From a candidate division WOR-3 bacterium (GTDB lineage: Bacteria; Hydrothermota; 32-111), in the NCBI GenBank assembly GCA_037481815.1, contig JBBFKX010000002.1, positions 96,001-160,000 of the forward strand: DNA of 64,000 nt. The letters run 5' to 3'. Both the position numbers and the translations under genes were made by a program. The first letter of the stretch is position 1, and each line of letters starts with the position of its first letter. Positions 49,006-58,405 of this stretch are shown piece by piece. Under the pieces are notes generated by a model. The model was not told the origin of the DNA and searched no databases. It saw nothing but the letters and a program-made list of their open reading frames with translations.

Positions 49006-49033
49006 ATTATACTTTCTAATCCAATTTTGTCAA
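49006..49033 (-). promoter_or_regulatory. Consensus sigma70 promoter of exbB-exbD-exbD-tonB
   Basis: Minus strand TTGACA (49033-49028), 16 nt, TATAAT (49011-49006). Confidence 0.82.
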
Positions 49034-49036
49034 TAA

Positions 49037-49387
49037 TTATCTTGTTGACCAGATATAGTATATCAAAGAAGCGAGTATTGCAAAAAGTCCTGCAAGAAGG
49101 ATCATCAAACCTTCAAGAGATCCAACCTGCATCGTCTTTGCTATCTGAGGTAAAAGATCATAAGGGTTTGATCTTGCAAGTGCTGGGAAGTAAACTGTGA
49201 GTTTGATTATATGCACAACAGCACCAACGAGAACCAGAATACTACCCAAAATTTCAAGGACCCATATCGATGGTTTTCTTATTATTTTCAACAATCTTTT
49301 CAAAATCAACGCTGATATGAAAAGAGATATTGAAAAAAGAATTATCCCTATAGCAAGCATTATCTCTGCTGGAAATAGAACTTTCAT
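49037..49387 (-). CDS. Hypothetical 3-TM membrane protein
   Basis: Three hydrophobic segments; ATGA overlap with upstream gene. Confidence 0.7.
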   Translation of the reverse strand: MKVLFPAEIMLAIGIILFSISLFISALILKRLLKIIRKPSIWVLEILGSILVLVGAVVHIIKLTVYFPALARSNPYDLLPQIAKTMQVGSLEGLMILLAGLFAILASLIYYIWSTR

Positions 49388-49773
49388 TTCGCCCCTCCTT
49401 TGTGAGGTTTAACAACATTGTAAAATTTTAAACTTCCGATGAGGGAAAGGACTCCTGAAAGGAAAAAGAAAAAGTATCCAATCCATGTCTGGATATCTGT
49501 CATCTTCAAATTTCCAACTATTATCAAGCTGTATGCCTGTATCATAGCATAAACTATTATTCCCGTAGGTGAAATCATTATAAACTGCCAGTCAGTTTTT
49601 TTGTGCAAAACCTTTTCATATCTTTGTGCTATTATACCAACAAGAAAAAGAGAAAACCAGAGAAGAACAGCACCTAAAATTGTGAGAACACTTGATAACA
49701 TTTTTGAATCCGTAACATATTTGGGAATTCCAGTTTGAGTTATCGAAACAAGTTCAAAAAGTTTTAACACCAT
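49384..49773 (-). CDS. Hypothetical 3-TM membrane protein
   Basis: Three hydrophobic segments; GGAGG RBS. Confidence 0.7.
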   Translation of the reverse strand: MVLKLFELVSITQTGIPKYVTDSKMLSSVLTILGAVLLWFSLFLVGIIAQRYEKVLHKKTDWQFIMISPTGIIVYAMIQAYSLIIVGNLKMTDIQTWIGYFFFFLSGVLSLIGSLKFYNVVKPHKGGAK

Positions 49774-49783
49774 ATCTCCTCCA

Positions 49784-50461
49784 TTATTTCAAACTTTGTA
49801 AAATTTTTTCAACCATCTTCTGTGATTGACTTGGACCTATGATCATCGATGATGCTTTCGAAAATCTTTTCAAAAATTCATCAAGTTTATTCTGGTTTAG
49901 ATTTTTTATATCGAGTTTCATTTCGGTTATTATATTGTTGATTATATCATCGGCAAAATCTTCAAGGAACTCTGCTGCTATTTTTTTAATCTTGTTAAAA
50001 GATTGATCATCTATCTTGAAAGTTGGAGCACTCTCCTCTTTTTCAACAGTTTTTTCTTTAACCTCTTCTTTTACCGGCTGTGCAGGTTTGACAACTATTT
50101 TCTTCTTATCTTTTAATGCAACTTTTACCTTTCCTTCCTTTTCCTCTTCAACAACCTCTTTTTCTACGATTTCAGCAAAATCTATACTATCAACTGGAAC
50201 ATTTTTGTTCACTATGATACCAAAAAAAGAATTGTTTTTTTGAAAAAATACTATCTTTTTATTTTCATTTTGAAACTCAATTTTTTCAACTCTCGAAACA
50301 TTCGCAGCATCAAGAGATTGTTTCAAAACAACTATTACCTGTTTTACAACATCATCTGTATATCCAACGATTCCGGTTTTTGAAATCGTTTCGTTTTCAT
50401 TTGAGAAAACAAAATCAGCGTTGAATTTCTCCCTTATTTTCTCAATGTTGTACCCCATCAC
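49784..50461 (-). CDS. Hypothetical protein, possible roadblock/longin-like N-terminus
   Basis: alpha-beta-beta-alpha-beta-beta-beta pattern, K/E linker, helical C-terminal domain. Confidence 0.55.
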   Translation of the reverse strand: MMGYNIEKIREKFNADFVFSNENETISKTGIVGYTDDVVKQVIVVLKQSLDAANVSRVEKIEFQNENKKIVFFQKNNSFFGIIVNKNVPVDSIDFAEIVEKEVVEEEKEGKVKVALKDKKKIVVKPAQPVKEEVKEKTVEKEESAPTFKIDDQSFNKIKKIAAEFLEDFADDIINNIITEMKLDIKNLNQNKLDEFLKRFSKASSMIIGPSQSQKMVEKILQSLK

Positions 50462-50468
50462 TTCCCCC

Positions 50469-51239
50469 TTACCTTTTACTCAATTTTTCTATAACATTCT
50501 GAACCATCTTTTTCGCTTCAGATGCTCCATAAACCTCAACAGCTTTTTTACACACTCCATCGATCAAAACTTTTGTTGTTCTCTGGATATCATCTCTACT
50601 GATCTCAACGGGAACTATATCCTTTACATCGATTTTATCTTTTATATCAAGGGCTTTTTCAAGAATATCGACACTCGATAGGTTTTCCTTAATAAAATTG
50701 TTCCAGATCTTCCGATCTCCACCCTGTGAAAACTCATCAACAAGATAGTTCAACTGTAATACTTTTGAAAGTAAAAGTTTCCTTTCAATTTCACCCAACC
50801 TGTTGACTTCCTGTGTTTGAAACTCCTGTTTGAGTGAAGTGAAGGTTTGTTCAACAACCGGTTCCTTTATAGGTTCACTCTCAACGATTTTTGGCTCCTC
50901 AACTATTTTTGTAGTTTCAAAAATATTTTTAAATTCATTATAAAACTTATCAGTATCAACTTCTCCATTGACTTTAAAAAGTAGAAACTCACTTTTCTGA
51001 GAAATGAGAATAAGGTTGTTGCCATCAACCTTCATAAATGAAATCAAAGGATAGTTCATTTGAAACTTTTTAAATATAACATCACCAGCAGAACCGAGAA
51101 ATGCACCAATATCGCCAAGGTTCGCTGGTTGTTCTCCGAATTTTTCAAGTACCGTCCCATCCTCTTTGTTCAACCTCATAGCCCCAAATATGGGAACAAG
51201 GTTCTTCAATTTTTCAACCATTTCAGAAAGACCCATCAC
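50469..51239 (-). CDS. Hypothetical protein, roadblock/LC7 (MglB)-like N-terminus
   Basis: L..L..IFGAM.L..EDG.VL...LG.IGAFL pattern. Confidence 0.6.
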   Translation of the reverse strand: MMGLSEMVEKLKNLVPIFGAMRLNKEDGTVLEKFGEQPANLGDIGAFLGSAGDVIFKKFQMNYPLISFMKVDGNNLILISQKSEFLLFKVNGEVDTDKFYNEFKNIFETTKIVEEPKIVESEPIKEPVVEQTFTSLKQEFQTQEVNRLGEIERKLLLSKVLQLNYLVDEFSQGGDRKIWNNFIKENLSSVDILEKALDIKDKIDVKDIVPVEISRDDIQRTTKVLIDGVCKKAVEVYGASEAKKMVQNVIEKLSKR

Positions 51240-52116
51240 TCACCCCTTCTTTATTTAAAAGTTCCCTGTATTTTTTCTTTGCTATCATCCCCCCAAGTTC
51301 CTCAACTCCTTTTTCAAGAACCTTTTCAAAAAGAATCTTTTTCATATTTCTGATCTTCGCTTCATCCAAAAATCTGTCAGCACTTTCATCTATTTCAATC
51401 ATTTCATCTTTAAATTTTAGAAGACCACCAATCGTTTCGAACCCAGAATTTGTTAAAACATCAACTATGAAATGGAACCAATCTTTTGTGTTAGTGTTTT
51501 TGACTGCAAAAGTATCAAGAATATTGTTTAGACTCTGTTTGAATTCATTCCTGATATTTTCAACAAATGATTTATCAAAGATCAGTCCTTTTGAGATAAG
51601 ATACTCGAGAGATTTATATGATTCAAGCAGAGGAAGGTTGCTCTCCTTGATTATGGTTCTTATATTCTTTTTACCATCAACTATCCTTATTATAACCCAA
51701 TCAGTTTTTCTTAAACTTATATTATCACCAAGACCCTCAGCTCTCTTTTCAAGAACAGCATCAAAAGATGGTAACCTTTTTAGTATATCATCGAATTCGA
51801 TTCTTCTTTTTTCTATCTGGTCCATCAAAGATGATGTATTCGACTGTGTTATCGAAACCTCATCTGTTGTTTCCCCATTTTTATACAAAACTGTCCCGAT
51901 CCTTTCAATCGAGAGATTATACAATGCCTCTTCACCTGTGAAAGAGTTGTAAACAGCATGTTTTGGTAAACCTTTTTCAAAAAATATTTTTCCCTCTTTG
52001 TTATCGATCTGAAAAATCAAAACACCGGTTCTCTCTCTCGATGATATCAAACTTATGAACTCAACTGGACTGAAGATCTCAAGATTAGCTTTTAAATCTA
52101 CCTTTTCTTTATCCAT
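51223..52116 (-). CDS. DUF4388 domain protein
   Basis: L.ANL..FS..E...L.....RTGVL....GKIFFEKG...HA.Y....GEEAL. Confidence 0.8.
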   Translation of the reverse strand: MDKEKVDLKANLEIFSPVEFISLISSRERTGVLIFQIDNKEGKIFFEKGLPKHAVYNSFTGEEALYNLSIERIGTVLYKNGETTDEVSITQSNTSSLMDQIEKRRIEFDDILKRLPSFDAVLEKRAEGLGDNISLRKTDWVIIRIVDGKKNIRTIIKESNLPLLESYKSLEYLISKGLIFDKSFVENIRNEFKQSLNNILDTFAVKNTNTKDWFHFIVDVLTNSGFETIGGLLKFKDEMIEIDESADRFLDEAKIRNMKKILFEKVLEKGVEELGGMIAKKKYRELLNKEGVSDGSF

Positions 52117-52844
52117 TCCTCATCCTTATATTTTTGAATTAAATTTTGCAACTCTTCATCTTCAAAATCTAATTCAACTTCTTCCCATTCAAAATCTAAC
52201 TCCCTAAAAAAAATATTATAAAACAAAGAAGACATATTTTCGATATTATAAGTTAAACCTGTTAAATTTTCAATATTGTTTGAAAAATTTTTTCCATAAA
52301 TTTTTTCCTGAGAAACAACACTCTCTTTTACAAGAATCGTTCCCTGTTGCAAAAAATTTGTTTCTGAGAACATCTGTGCACTTCCAACGATCTTTTCTCC
52401 ATTATAACTGATTTCATATACCGATTGCGATCCAAAGCAGTTTGCTATAAAATTTTCTTTTTTTTCTCCCTGTGTTAGTTTCGCTTCTATTCCGAGTTCT
52501 TTGAAACCTTTGATAAAAATCTCCGCTATCTTTTTATACCTGTCTAAAAGTCCATGATTTTTTCCAAAATGTTCGATGTTTCCAGCAAAGGAATATGTCA
52601 GATCACCACTGTGGAGAACCGCCCTTCCGCCTGTTATTCTTCTTGTGATATCAATTTTTTCCTTTACAACATAATCGTAATCGATACCAACATTGTATCT
52701 TTGATTGTACCCTATGGTAATCGACGGTTTTGAAAATGAATAAAATCTAAAAAATATTGTATCAATATTTTTATAAGCCCATTCATCTATAGCCATATTT
52801 GTATAGACATCAAAAACAGAGTAATCCAAAAAATAACCTTTCAT
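52098..52844 (-). CDS. Lipoate-protein ligase/octanoyltransferase (LplA/LipM-like)
   Basis: NMAIDE, RRITGGRAVLH.GDLTYS, KIVGSAQ, LQQGTI. Confidence 0.9.
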   Translation of the reverse strand: MKGYFLDYSVFDVYTNMAIDEWAYKNIDTIFFRFYSFSKPSITIGYNQRYNVGIDYDYVVKEKIDITRRITGGRAVLHSGDLTYSFAGNIEHFGKNHGLLDRYKKIAEIFIKGFKELGIEAKLTQGEKKENFIANCFGSQSVYEISYNGEKIVGSAQMFSETNFLQQGTILVKESVVSQEKIYGKNFSNNIENLTGLTYNIENMSSLFYNIFFRELDFEWEEVELDFEDEELQNLIQKYKDEEWIKKR

Positions 52845-53458
52845 TTTAAAATTTTAAGCCAGTCAGATAAAAGGAAATAGATTCTTCCGATAAGAAGTGA
52901 AATACGTGCCATCACAGTATAACCAAAAGATGCACCGAATGCAACCATGATAAAGGTTATTCCTATTTTTGAGCCCCATTTTAAAACACCTTTCTGCTCT
53001 TTTGAAAAATAGAAGTAGATAAGGGTTGTTAAAACTCCAAAGATTATCAAAAAGTTGTTAAAAGTTTCAAAATTGAAACCTGTGATTGGAACAAGTGTTG
53101 CTTGAACCTGTGGAAGTATAAAACCCTGTATCGCACCTGTAACCCCAAGTCCCGCTCCAATACCCACAGTGAAAGCGATAGACCATCTTGAAAGCCATGC
53201 GATGTTTGGAAACCATCTCGTCAACATGATTATTCCAAAAAATGCTGGAATAAGCAAAACAAACTCTTTGTTTTTAATCATCGGATCAAGGAGCATCGGT
53301 TGTATAACATAAGCCCAGGTATAAATAAGCCAATAGCCCGCTGTTATTCCAACATAGAGATGTTCTGCAAATTTATAGAAAGGGTTATCCTTATACAGAA
53401 AGGAATATATAAAAAGGGTCAAACCAGCAGCTATCCAGATTCCTATCGTTGTTCCCAT
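52841..53458 (-). CDS. Conserved hypothetical membrane protein (module subunit A, copy 2)
   Basis: About 6 TM; SFLYKDNPFYKFAE; paralog of 56252..56857. Confidence 0.85.
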   Translation of the reverse strand: MGTTIGIWIAAGLTLFIYSFLYKDNPFYKFAEHLYVGITAGYWLIYTWAYVIQPMLLDPMIKNKEFVLLIPAFFGIIMLTRWFPNIAWLSRWSIAFTVGIGAGLGVTGAIQGFILPQVQATLVPITGFNFETFNNFLIIFGVLTTLIYFYFSKEQKGVLKWGSKIGITFIMVAFGASFGYTVMARISLLIGRIYFLLSDWLKILK

Positions 53459-54294
53459 TATTTTCCTCCTTCTTTACTTTTTGTTCTCTTTTCAATAAAA
53501 TATGCTATGTTTCCTAAAATGATGAAAAGTATTATAACAAGATGTGAATATGACTGTGATGCCATTCCAGCAACAGCTAAATCTGGTTTACCAACAAGCA
53601 CTTCATATTCAGCAGCTCCCTTCATTCCACCAACGAGTCCAACGATCTGGCCTGATTGATAGAAATAGTAAGCATCTGGAGCAGAAACAGCGTTTAAAGC
53701 GAGTGCTATTTTCTGTTTGAATCTTCCCCCTGCATATTCGATCCAGACAAGATAAGTTGCTCCCGCTTCAAGACCGACAAGGAGTGCTATATCGTTATAG
53801 TTATGAACATTCTTCATCATCGGAAAAGAATCGAGAGGAACATTTCTGTAATCAACTTTGAAATAATCCCTTATCTCCTTTCCAATTCCAACTATCTGTG
53901 CAACATAACCAGGTCTATATCCAAGGTTGATATAGTCGACTCCATATTTAGCACCCATCTCTTTTGCGATCTTTTCAAGACCCATCGTTCCAAGAGGTGC
54001 CCCCAGTTGCCATTGAACTATAAGAATTGGTTTCAATTTATTTCTAAAGAGTTGTCTTAAAAGTGCTTCTAAAAATGGCTGCTGCTCTGGCATCGATGCT
54101 GCATCATAATCTATGGATATCATCACATTGCTTCCCTCTGGTAAATTTTCGATATAGTTGTAAACATCCTTTACTGGCTGTGAGGGAACAACTGGAAATT
54201 TTGGTTTTAGAAGTAAAGGTAAAATCACAACTATTGCAATGAATATATATATGAACCTTCTATCGACTTTTAAAAGTTTTAGAAAGATATTCAT
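53458..54294 (-). CDS. Conserved hypothetical membrane-anchored protein (subunit B, copy 2)
   Basis: N- and C-terminal TM; GGMKGAAEYE; paralog of 56857..57723. Confidence 0.85.
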   Translation of the reverse strand: MNIFLKLLKVDRRFIYIFIAIVVILPLLLKPKFPVVPSQPVKDVYNYIENLPEGSNVMISIDYDAASMPEQQPFLEALLRQLFRNKLKPILIVQWQLGAPLGTMGLEKIAKEMGAKYGVDYINLGYRPGYVAQIVGIGKEIRDYFKVDYRNVPLDSFPMMKNVHNYNDIALLVGLEAGATYLVWIEYAGGRFKQKIALALNAVSAPDAYYFYQSGQIVGLVGGMKGAAEYEVLVGKPDLAVAGMASQSYSHLVIILFIILGNIAYFIEKRTKSKEGGK

Positions 54295-54303
54295 AATAAC
54301 TCC

Positions 54304-54942
54304 TTATGAAAGATAACTTCTTTCAATACCTAAAATTATTCTTATTGAAACACCTAAAGCACCAAGGGAAATTCCAAGACCAATACCTCTTTTTGCAGCC
54401 ATCTGTGGAACCTGCATGATCCATTCCGTAAACTTTGGAAGATAAGGTGAAATCTGTTCTCCAAGAGGAACCCTTCCAAGCATAACTATTATCGCTGTGA
54501 TCAGAAGAAGTGTTGCATCAAAATTTCTCGCTCTAAAAGCTCTGTATGCGGCCGATGCTATAAAGAAAGCGAGCAGTGAAAACATCGTCGTCTGAAGTGG
54601 AACTATAAAATAGTTATATATGTATGTAAAATATGACTTATCATCAAACGCTGTTCCAAACCTGACAGTTTCTATTATTCCAACAACTACTGTTGCAACA
54701 AAACCAAAAATCAATACAAGTGAAAAGAACCAGTTCTCATCTTTCCTTTTAACCTTTCTAAAATGCATACCTATCAAAGAATCAACTCCAAGAAGCATTG
54801 TAAAACCTGCAATTATCGAATACCAGTTCAAAGAAATTTTTTCTATATCACCAAAAGGTTTATGTGGAATAAAAAAAGAAACGATCATGATCATGCCAAC
54901 AAGAAAGGTTATAAAAATCGGGATACCTTTTCCTTTTAACAT
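54304..54942 (-). CDS. Conserved hypothetical membrane protein (subunit C, copy 2)
   Basis: FSLLAF..ASAA.R.FRAR; paralog of 57720..58397. Confidence 0.85.
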   Translation of the reverse strand: MLKGKGIPIFITFLVGMIMIVSFFIPHKPFGDIEKISLNWYSIIAGFTMLLGVDSLIGMHFRKVKRKDENWFFSLVLIFGFVATVVVGIIETVRFGTAFDDKSYFTYIYNYFIVPLQTTMFSLLAFFIASAAYRAFRARNFDATLLLITAIIVMLGRVPLGEQISPYLPKFTEWIMQVPQMAAKRGIGLGISLGALGVSIRIILGIERSYLS

Positions 54943-54953
54943 TTATCCTCCTA

Positions 54954-56243
54954 CTATACCTGTAACAAATTGATCAACCAATCGAATACACTTTTTAACA
55001 CTTCTATCTTAAACCCATATCCTAAAACTGAAAGAACAAAACCTATGATGATCAAAAACATAATAAAAACTTTTAAAAGATCCTCAGCCGCTATTGAACC
55101 AAGCATCATCGGTTCTTTCTGTAAATAAACTGAAGCAGCCATCATCTCTTCACCAATAAGAGTGTAATCACAAGCTGCAACAAAGAATGGTAACTGTGCT
55201 GTTTCTGTTGTTCCAGATATCTGTATTGCACCTATCGAATGTCCGGTTTCAGCAAGGATCAAAGATTCTGCAAAGAAAAGCCCCTGTAAAAACACAGCAC
55301 CCGGCTTTTCTCTCATCATCATACCATCAACTCCAGCAGCATATCCGAACTGATCCTGTGTTATATACATTATATCGTTTTTGTTGTAAAGATCGGGTCT
55401 TCCAGCCTCTGTAAAAGCCTCCTTCACAACTTCCTGTGCTGTTGTCATAACAACTGGATCATAGGAAGGAACAAGAATCCTCGTTTCATAATCGGCGACC
55501 TTTTTCGCGACTCTTCCAAGAATCGTCAGACCCGCTATCGTTGGTATATCGGTTACATATCCTATCCCCAGGATATACATGATAGGTTTTCCCATCTCTG
55601 TACTTCTTCCAACCGCTTCTTCAACAGCATCAAGTCCGTTTATTTTTCTTATATAAAGATCTTTTCCACTCTTTGCAAGGTTCAAATAATATAAAAATAC
55701 AAAAGCGATTATGATTAAAGAAACAAGAACAGGTATCCTTGAAAGATTAAACCATGATGATTTTGAAACTATCGCTTCTGTCTCTCCTGTTATGTAAAAA
55801 GTATCGTTTCCAAATATATAAGTACCGTTTTTTAAATATTCTGATCCATTTGAAATCAGTTTGTTTAAAAACTGTTCGTTGATCATGTTTTGGCTCAAAA
55901 TTCCCGTGTAATAATAATTCGTATTATCCTTTACTCTTGAGGGTTCCTCTTCAGAACTAACATCTCTTACCTGCATCGAAGAGACGAGAAGATCTGTTGC
56001 AACAACCATTAAATTGTTTGAATCATCCCTTCTTAAAACAGTTAGAAACCAGTTTCCCAAAGAATCAGGAAAACACCAGTTGATCTGGATTCCTCCACCA
56101 CCATCGTTCGGTATATCGTTTCCTGTAAGTTTAAAATCCAAAAAAGGGTTTTGGTTTTCTAAAAAGATTAAACTATCATTTTCCTGAGAAAAGAGAAAAA
56201 CTGAAAAAACTAAAAAAATCAAAAGAAGGGTTTTTTTTAACAC
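54954..56243 (-). CDS. DUF6754-like protein with N-terminal extracytoplasmic domain (subunit D, copy 2)
   Basis: RKINGLDAVEEAVGRSTEMGKP, QLPFF..CDYT.IGEE; paralog of 58406..59611. Confidence 0.8.
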   Translation of the reverse strand: MLKKTLLLIFLVFSVFLFSQENDSLIFLENQNPFLDFKLTGNDIPNDGGGGIQINWCFPDSLGNWFLTVLRRDDSNNLMVVATDLLVSSMQVRDVSSEEEPSRVKDNTNYYYTGILSQNMINEQFLNKLISNGSEYLKNGTYIFGNDTFYITGETEAIVSKSSWFNLSRIPVLVSLIIIAFVFLYYLNLAKSGKDLYIRKINGLDAVEEAVGRSTEMGKPIMYILGIGYVTDIPTIAGLTILGRVAKKVADYETRILVPSYDPVVMTTAQEVVKEAFTEAGRPDLYNKNDIMYITQDQFGYAAGVDGMMMREKPGAVFLQGLFFAESLILAETGHSIGAIQISGTTETAQLPFFVAACDYTLIGEEMMAASVYLQKEPMMLGSIAAEDLLKVFIMFLIIIGFVLSVLGYGFKIEVLKSVFDWLINLLQV

Positions 56244-56251
56244 CTCTCCTC

Positions 56252-56857
56252 CTATTTAATAATTCCAAGCCAATCGGACAGAAGAAACTGAATTCTACCG
56301 ATGAAAAGGGAAACCCTCGCCATAATCGTATAACCGAACGCTGCACCAAATGCAACCATTATGAATGTGATTCCCACTTTCGAGACCTTTCCTACAAAAC
56401 CTTTATGTTCGAGTGAAAAGAAAAAATAAACAAGAGTTGAAATAACTCCAACAACTATGATCAAACTTCCAACATCAAGTTTCAACGGCATCGTTGCATA
56501 GATCTGTTTGAAGAGAAACTCAAAAGAGGATGGAACCGAAAGCCCTGTTCCCGCTCCAACAACAAACGCTATCGGTATCCTTGAAAGATATGCAACATTC
56601 TTGAAAAATCTTGAAAACATTAAAAGACCTAAAATAAGCGGTATAAGAACAAGAAAATTTTTATCATAAACAAGTGGATTGAAAACTTTTGTGATTATCG
56701 TATTATGCCAGTAAACAGATATTCCATAACCTATCGAGATTCCAACAAGCAGGTATTCTGCAAACTTATAGAAGGGATTATCTTTATATAAAAATGAATA
56801 GATTGCAAGAGTGAGTAATGCAGCTATCCATATCCAGATATTTGTTGATATAGCCAT
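56252..56857 (-). CDS. Conserved hypothetical membrane protein (subunit A, copy 1)
   Basis: SFLYKDNPFYKFAE...AFGAAFGYTIMAR. Confidence 0.85.
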   Translation of the reverse strand: MAISTNIWIWIAALLTLAIYSFLYKDNPFYKFAEYLLVGISIGYGISVYWHNTIITKVFNPLVYDKNFLVLIPLILGLLMFSRFFKNVAYLSRIPIAFVVGAGTGLSVPSSFEFLFKQIYATMPLKLDVGSLIIVVGVISTLVYFFFSLEHKGFVGKVSKVGITFIMVAFGAAFGYTIMARVSLFIGRIQFLLSDWLGIIK

Positions 56858-57723
56858 TATTTACCCTCCTTTTTCTTCTTAACAAAATATGCAATATTAC
56901 CAAGTATTATCAAAATTATAAAAAAGATGTGTGCTGATGATTGAGCATCCATCCCTATTGAAGCATCCTTTCTTCCTCCATAAACATTTTTCTTACCAAG
57001 TAAATGTTCATACTCAGCAGCACCTTTAAGACCTCCAAGCATTCCTATTGCCTGTTTTGATTGTAGATATGAATAATACTCTGCTGCTGAAACTGCGGTT
57101 GTTCCAATTCCCATTTTTAAACCATATCTGCCATTTGCATAAATGAGCCATGTTAAAACAACAGAACTTCCCGCGAGTTCAACCATCAGATTTATGTCTT
57201 TATAATTTTTTATTCCATTCATTATTTCAAGTTCAGAAAGTTTATTCCCATAACCATCCTCATTAAAAGTTTGTGTAATGTCCTCTCCCATCTTCAAAAC
57301 TACAGCACTGACTCCAGGAACATAAGCAAGAAGTGTTATATCCTTTCCAAGTTTTTTTGGATTATCGGGATTACTCTTGTTCCACTCTCTTAAAACGTTA
57401 TCTATAGCATCCTGAGCCATTCCAGCACCCTGTGGATAAAGTGTCACAAAAAGAACCCTTAAATTGTTTGATAGTGCATGTGCTGCGATAACTTTTGCCA
57501 TCGGATGGAGTTCAGCCATCGTTGAAGGATCATAATCAGCACCAATAAGAACGACTCCACCTTCAGGAATCGAATCTTCTATAAAATCGTAGATCGATTT
57601 TACAGGAGGTGTTGTTTTCATTGGAAATCCTACGGGAAATATGAAAGGAATGATTATGCACAAAGCGAGCACAAGATAGATCCATCTTTTATCGAGATTG
57701 TTGATAAAGTTGATAAATTTCAT
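56857..57723 (-). CDS. Conserved hypothetical membrane-anchored protein (subunit B, copy 1)
   Basis: Likely start ATG 57723 (ATGA overlap); GGLKGAAEYE. Confidence 0.85.
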   Translation of the reverse strand: MKFINFINNLDKRWIYLVLALCIIIPFIFPVGFPMKTTPPVKSIYDFIEDSIPEGGVVLIGADYDPSTMAELHPMAKVIAAHALSNNLRVLFVTLYPQGAGMAQDAIDNVLREWNKSNPDNPKKLGKDITLLAYVPGVSAVVLKMGEDITQTFNEDGYGNKLSELEIMNGIKNYKDINLMVELAGSSVVLTWLIYANGRYGLKMGIGTTAVSAAEYYSYLQSKQAIGMLGGLKGAAEYEHLLGKKNVYGGRKDASIGMDAQSSAHIFFIILIILGNIAYFVKKKKEGK

Positions 57724-58397
57724 TTTCCACCCCCAAGATATTTCCTTTCGATTCCAAGGATAATCTTTATAGAAGTCGCAATGATACCAAGTTGGACTCC
57801 TATAAGTATTCCCCTCTGTGCTGCCATGTTTGGATATTTCAAGATCCATTCAACAACATCTGGAAGACCTTTATATATAAACTCTCCAAGTGGAACTCTT
57901 CCAAGTGTAACAATGCCTGCTGTTATAAGAAGTAATGTAGCATCAAAACTTCTCGCCCTGAAAGATCTAAACGCTGCTGATGCCATATAGAAAGCAAGAA
58001 GTGAAAAAATCGTTGATTGCATCGGCATCTGCATATACAGATATGTATACATCAAAGGTGTCGTATCGGATGGTTTTACCGATGGAAAAATTTTCATCCA
58101 TAGAGTTGTTGGCATGAAAGCCCCGCCAAATATCCCAAGTGCTGCTGTAACAAAAAGAGAAACAAGCACTATTATCGAGTACTGCCAACCTTCAACTTTT
58201 CTTTTTATCTTTGTAACATGGAGTTCGACAGTTGATTGAACAGCAATTAAGTATGTGAATGCAGAAACGATTATCAACCAATCAAGCATCATATTATAAA
58301 AATTTTTCGATGCTGGATGTGGAACGAAAAATTGCAATATGAGCGCTACACCGAAAATCGCTGAAACTAAAAGTGGTAATGTTCTTCTTACAAACAT
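57720..58397 (-). CDS. Conserved hypothetical membrane protein (subunit C, copy 1)
   Basis: FSLLAFYMASAAFRSFRAR, LGRVPLGE, IILGIER. Confidence 0.85.
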   Translation of the reverse strand: MFVRRTLPLLVSAIFGVALILQFFVPHPASKNFYNMMLDWLIIVSAFTYLIAVQSTVELHVTKIKRKVEGWQYSIIVLVSLFVTAALGIFGGAFMPTTLWMKIFPSVKPSDTTPLMYTYLYMQMPMQSTIFSLLAFYMASAAFRSFRARSFDATLLLITAGIVTLGRVPLGEFIYKGLPDVVEWILKYPNMAAQRGILIGVQLGIIATSIKIILGIERKYLGGGK

Positions 58398-58405
58398 ATT
58401 AACTC

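Noticed and set aside
46821..52116. ExbBD-TonB as part of the roadblock/DUF4388 operon, like a gliding-motility motor
   Set aside because: exbB has its own consensus promoter at 49006-49033 and no other motility genes are present; adjacency alone is insufficient
52245..52273. TTGAAA-17-TATAAT inside the lipoate ligase gene as a promoter for the DUF4388 unit
   Set aside because: Plausible but could arise by chance in AT-rich DNA; not called without TSS data
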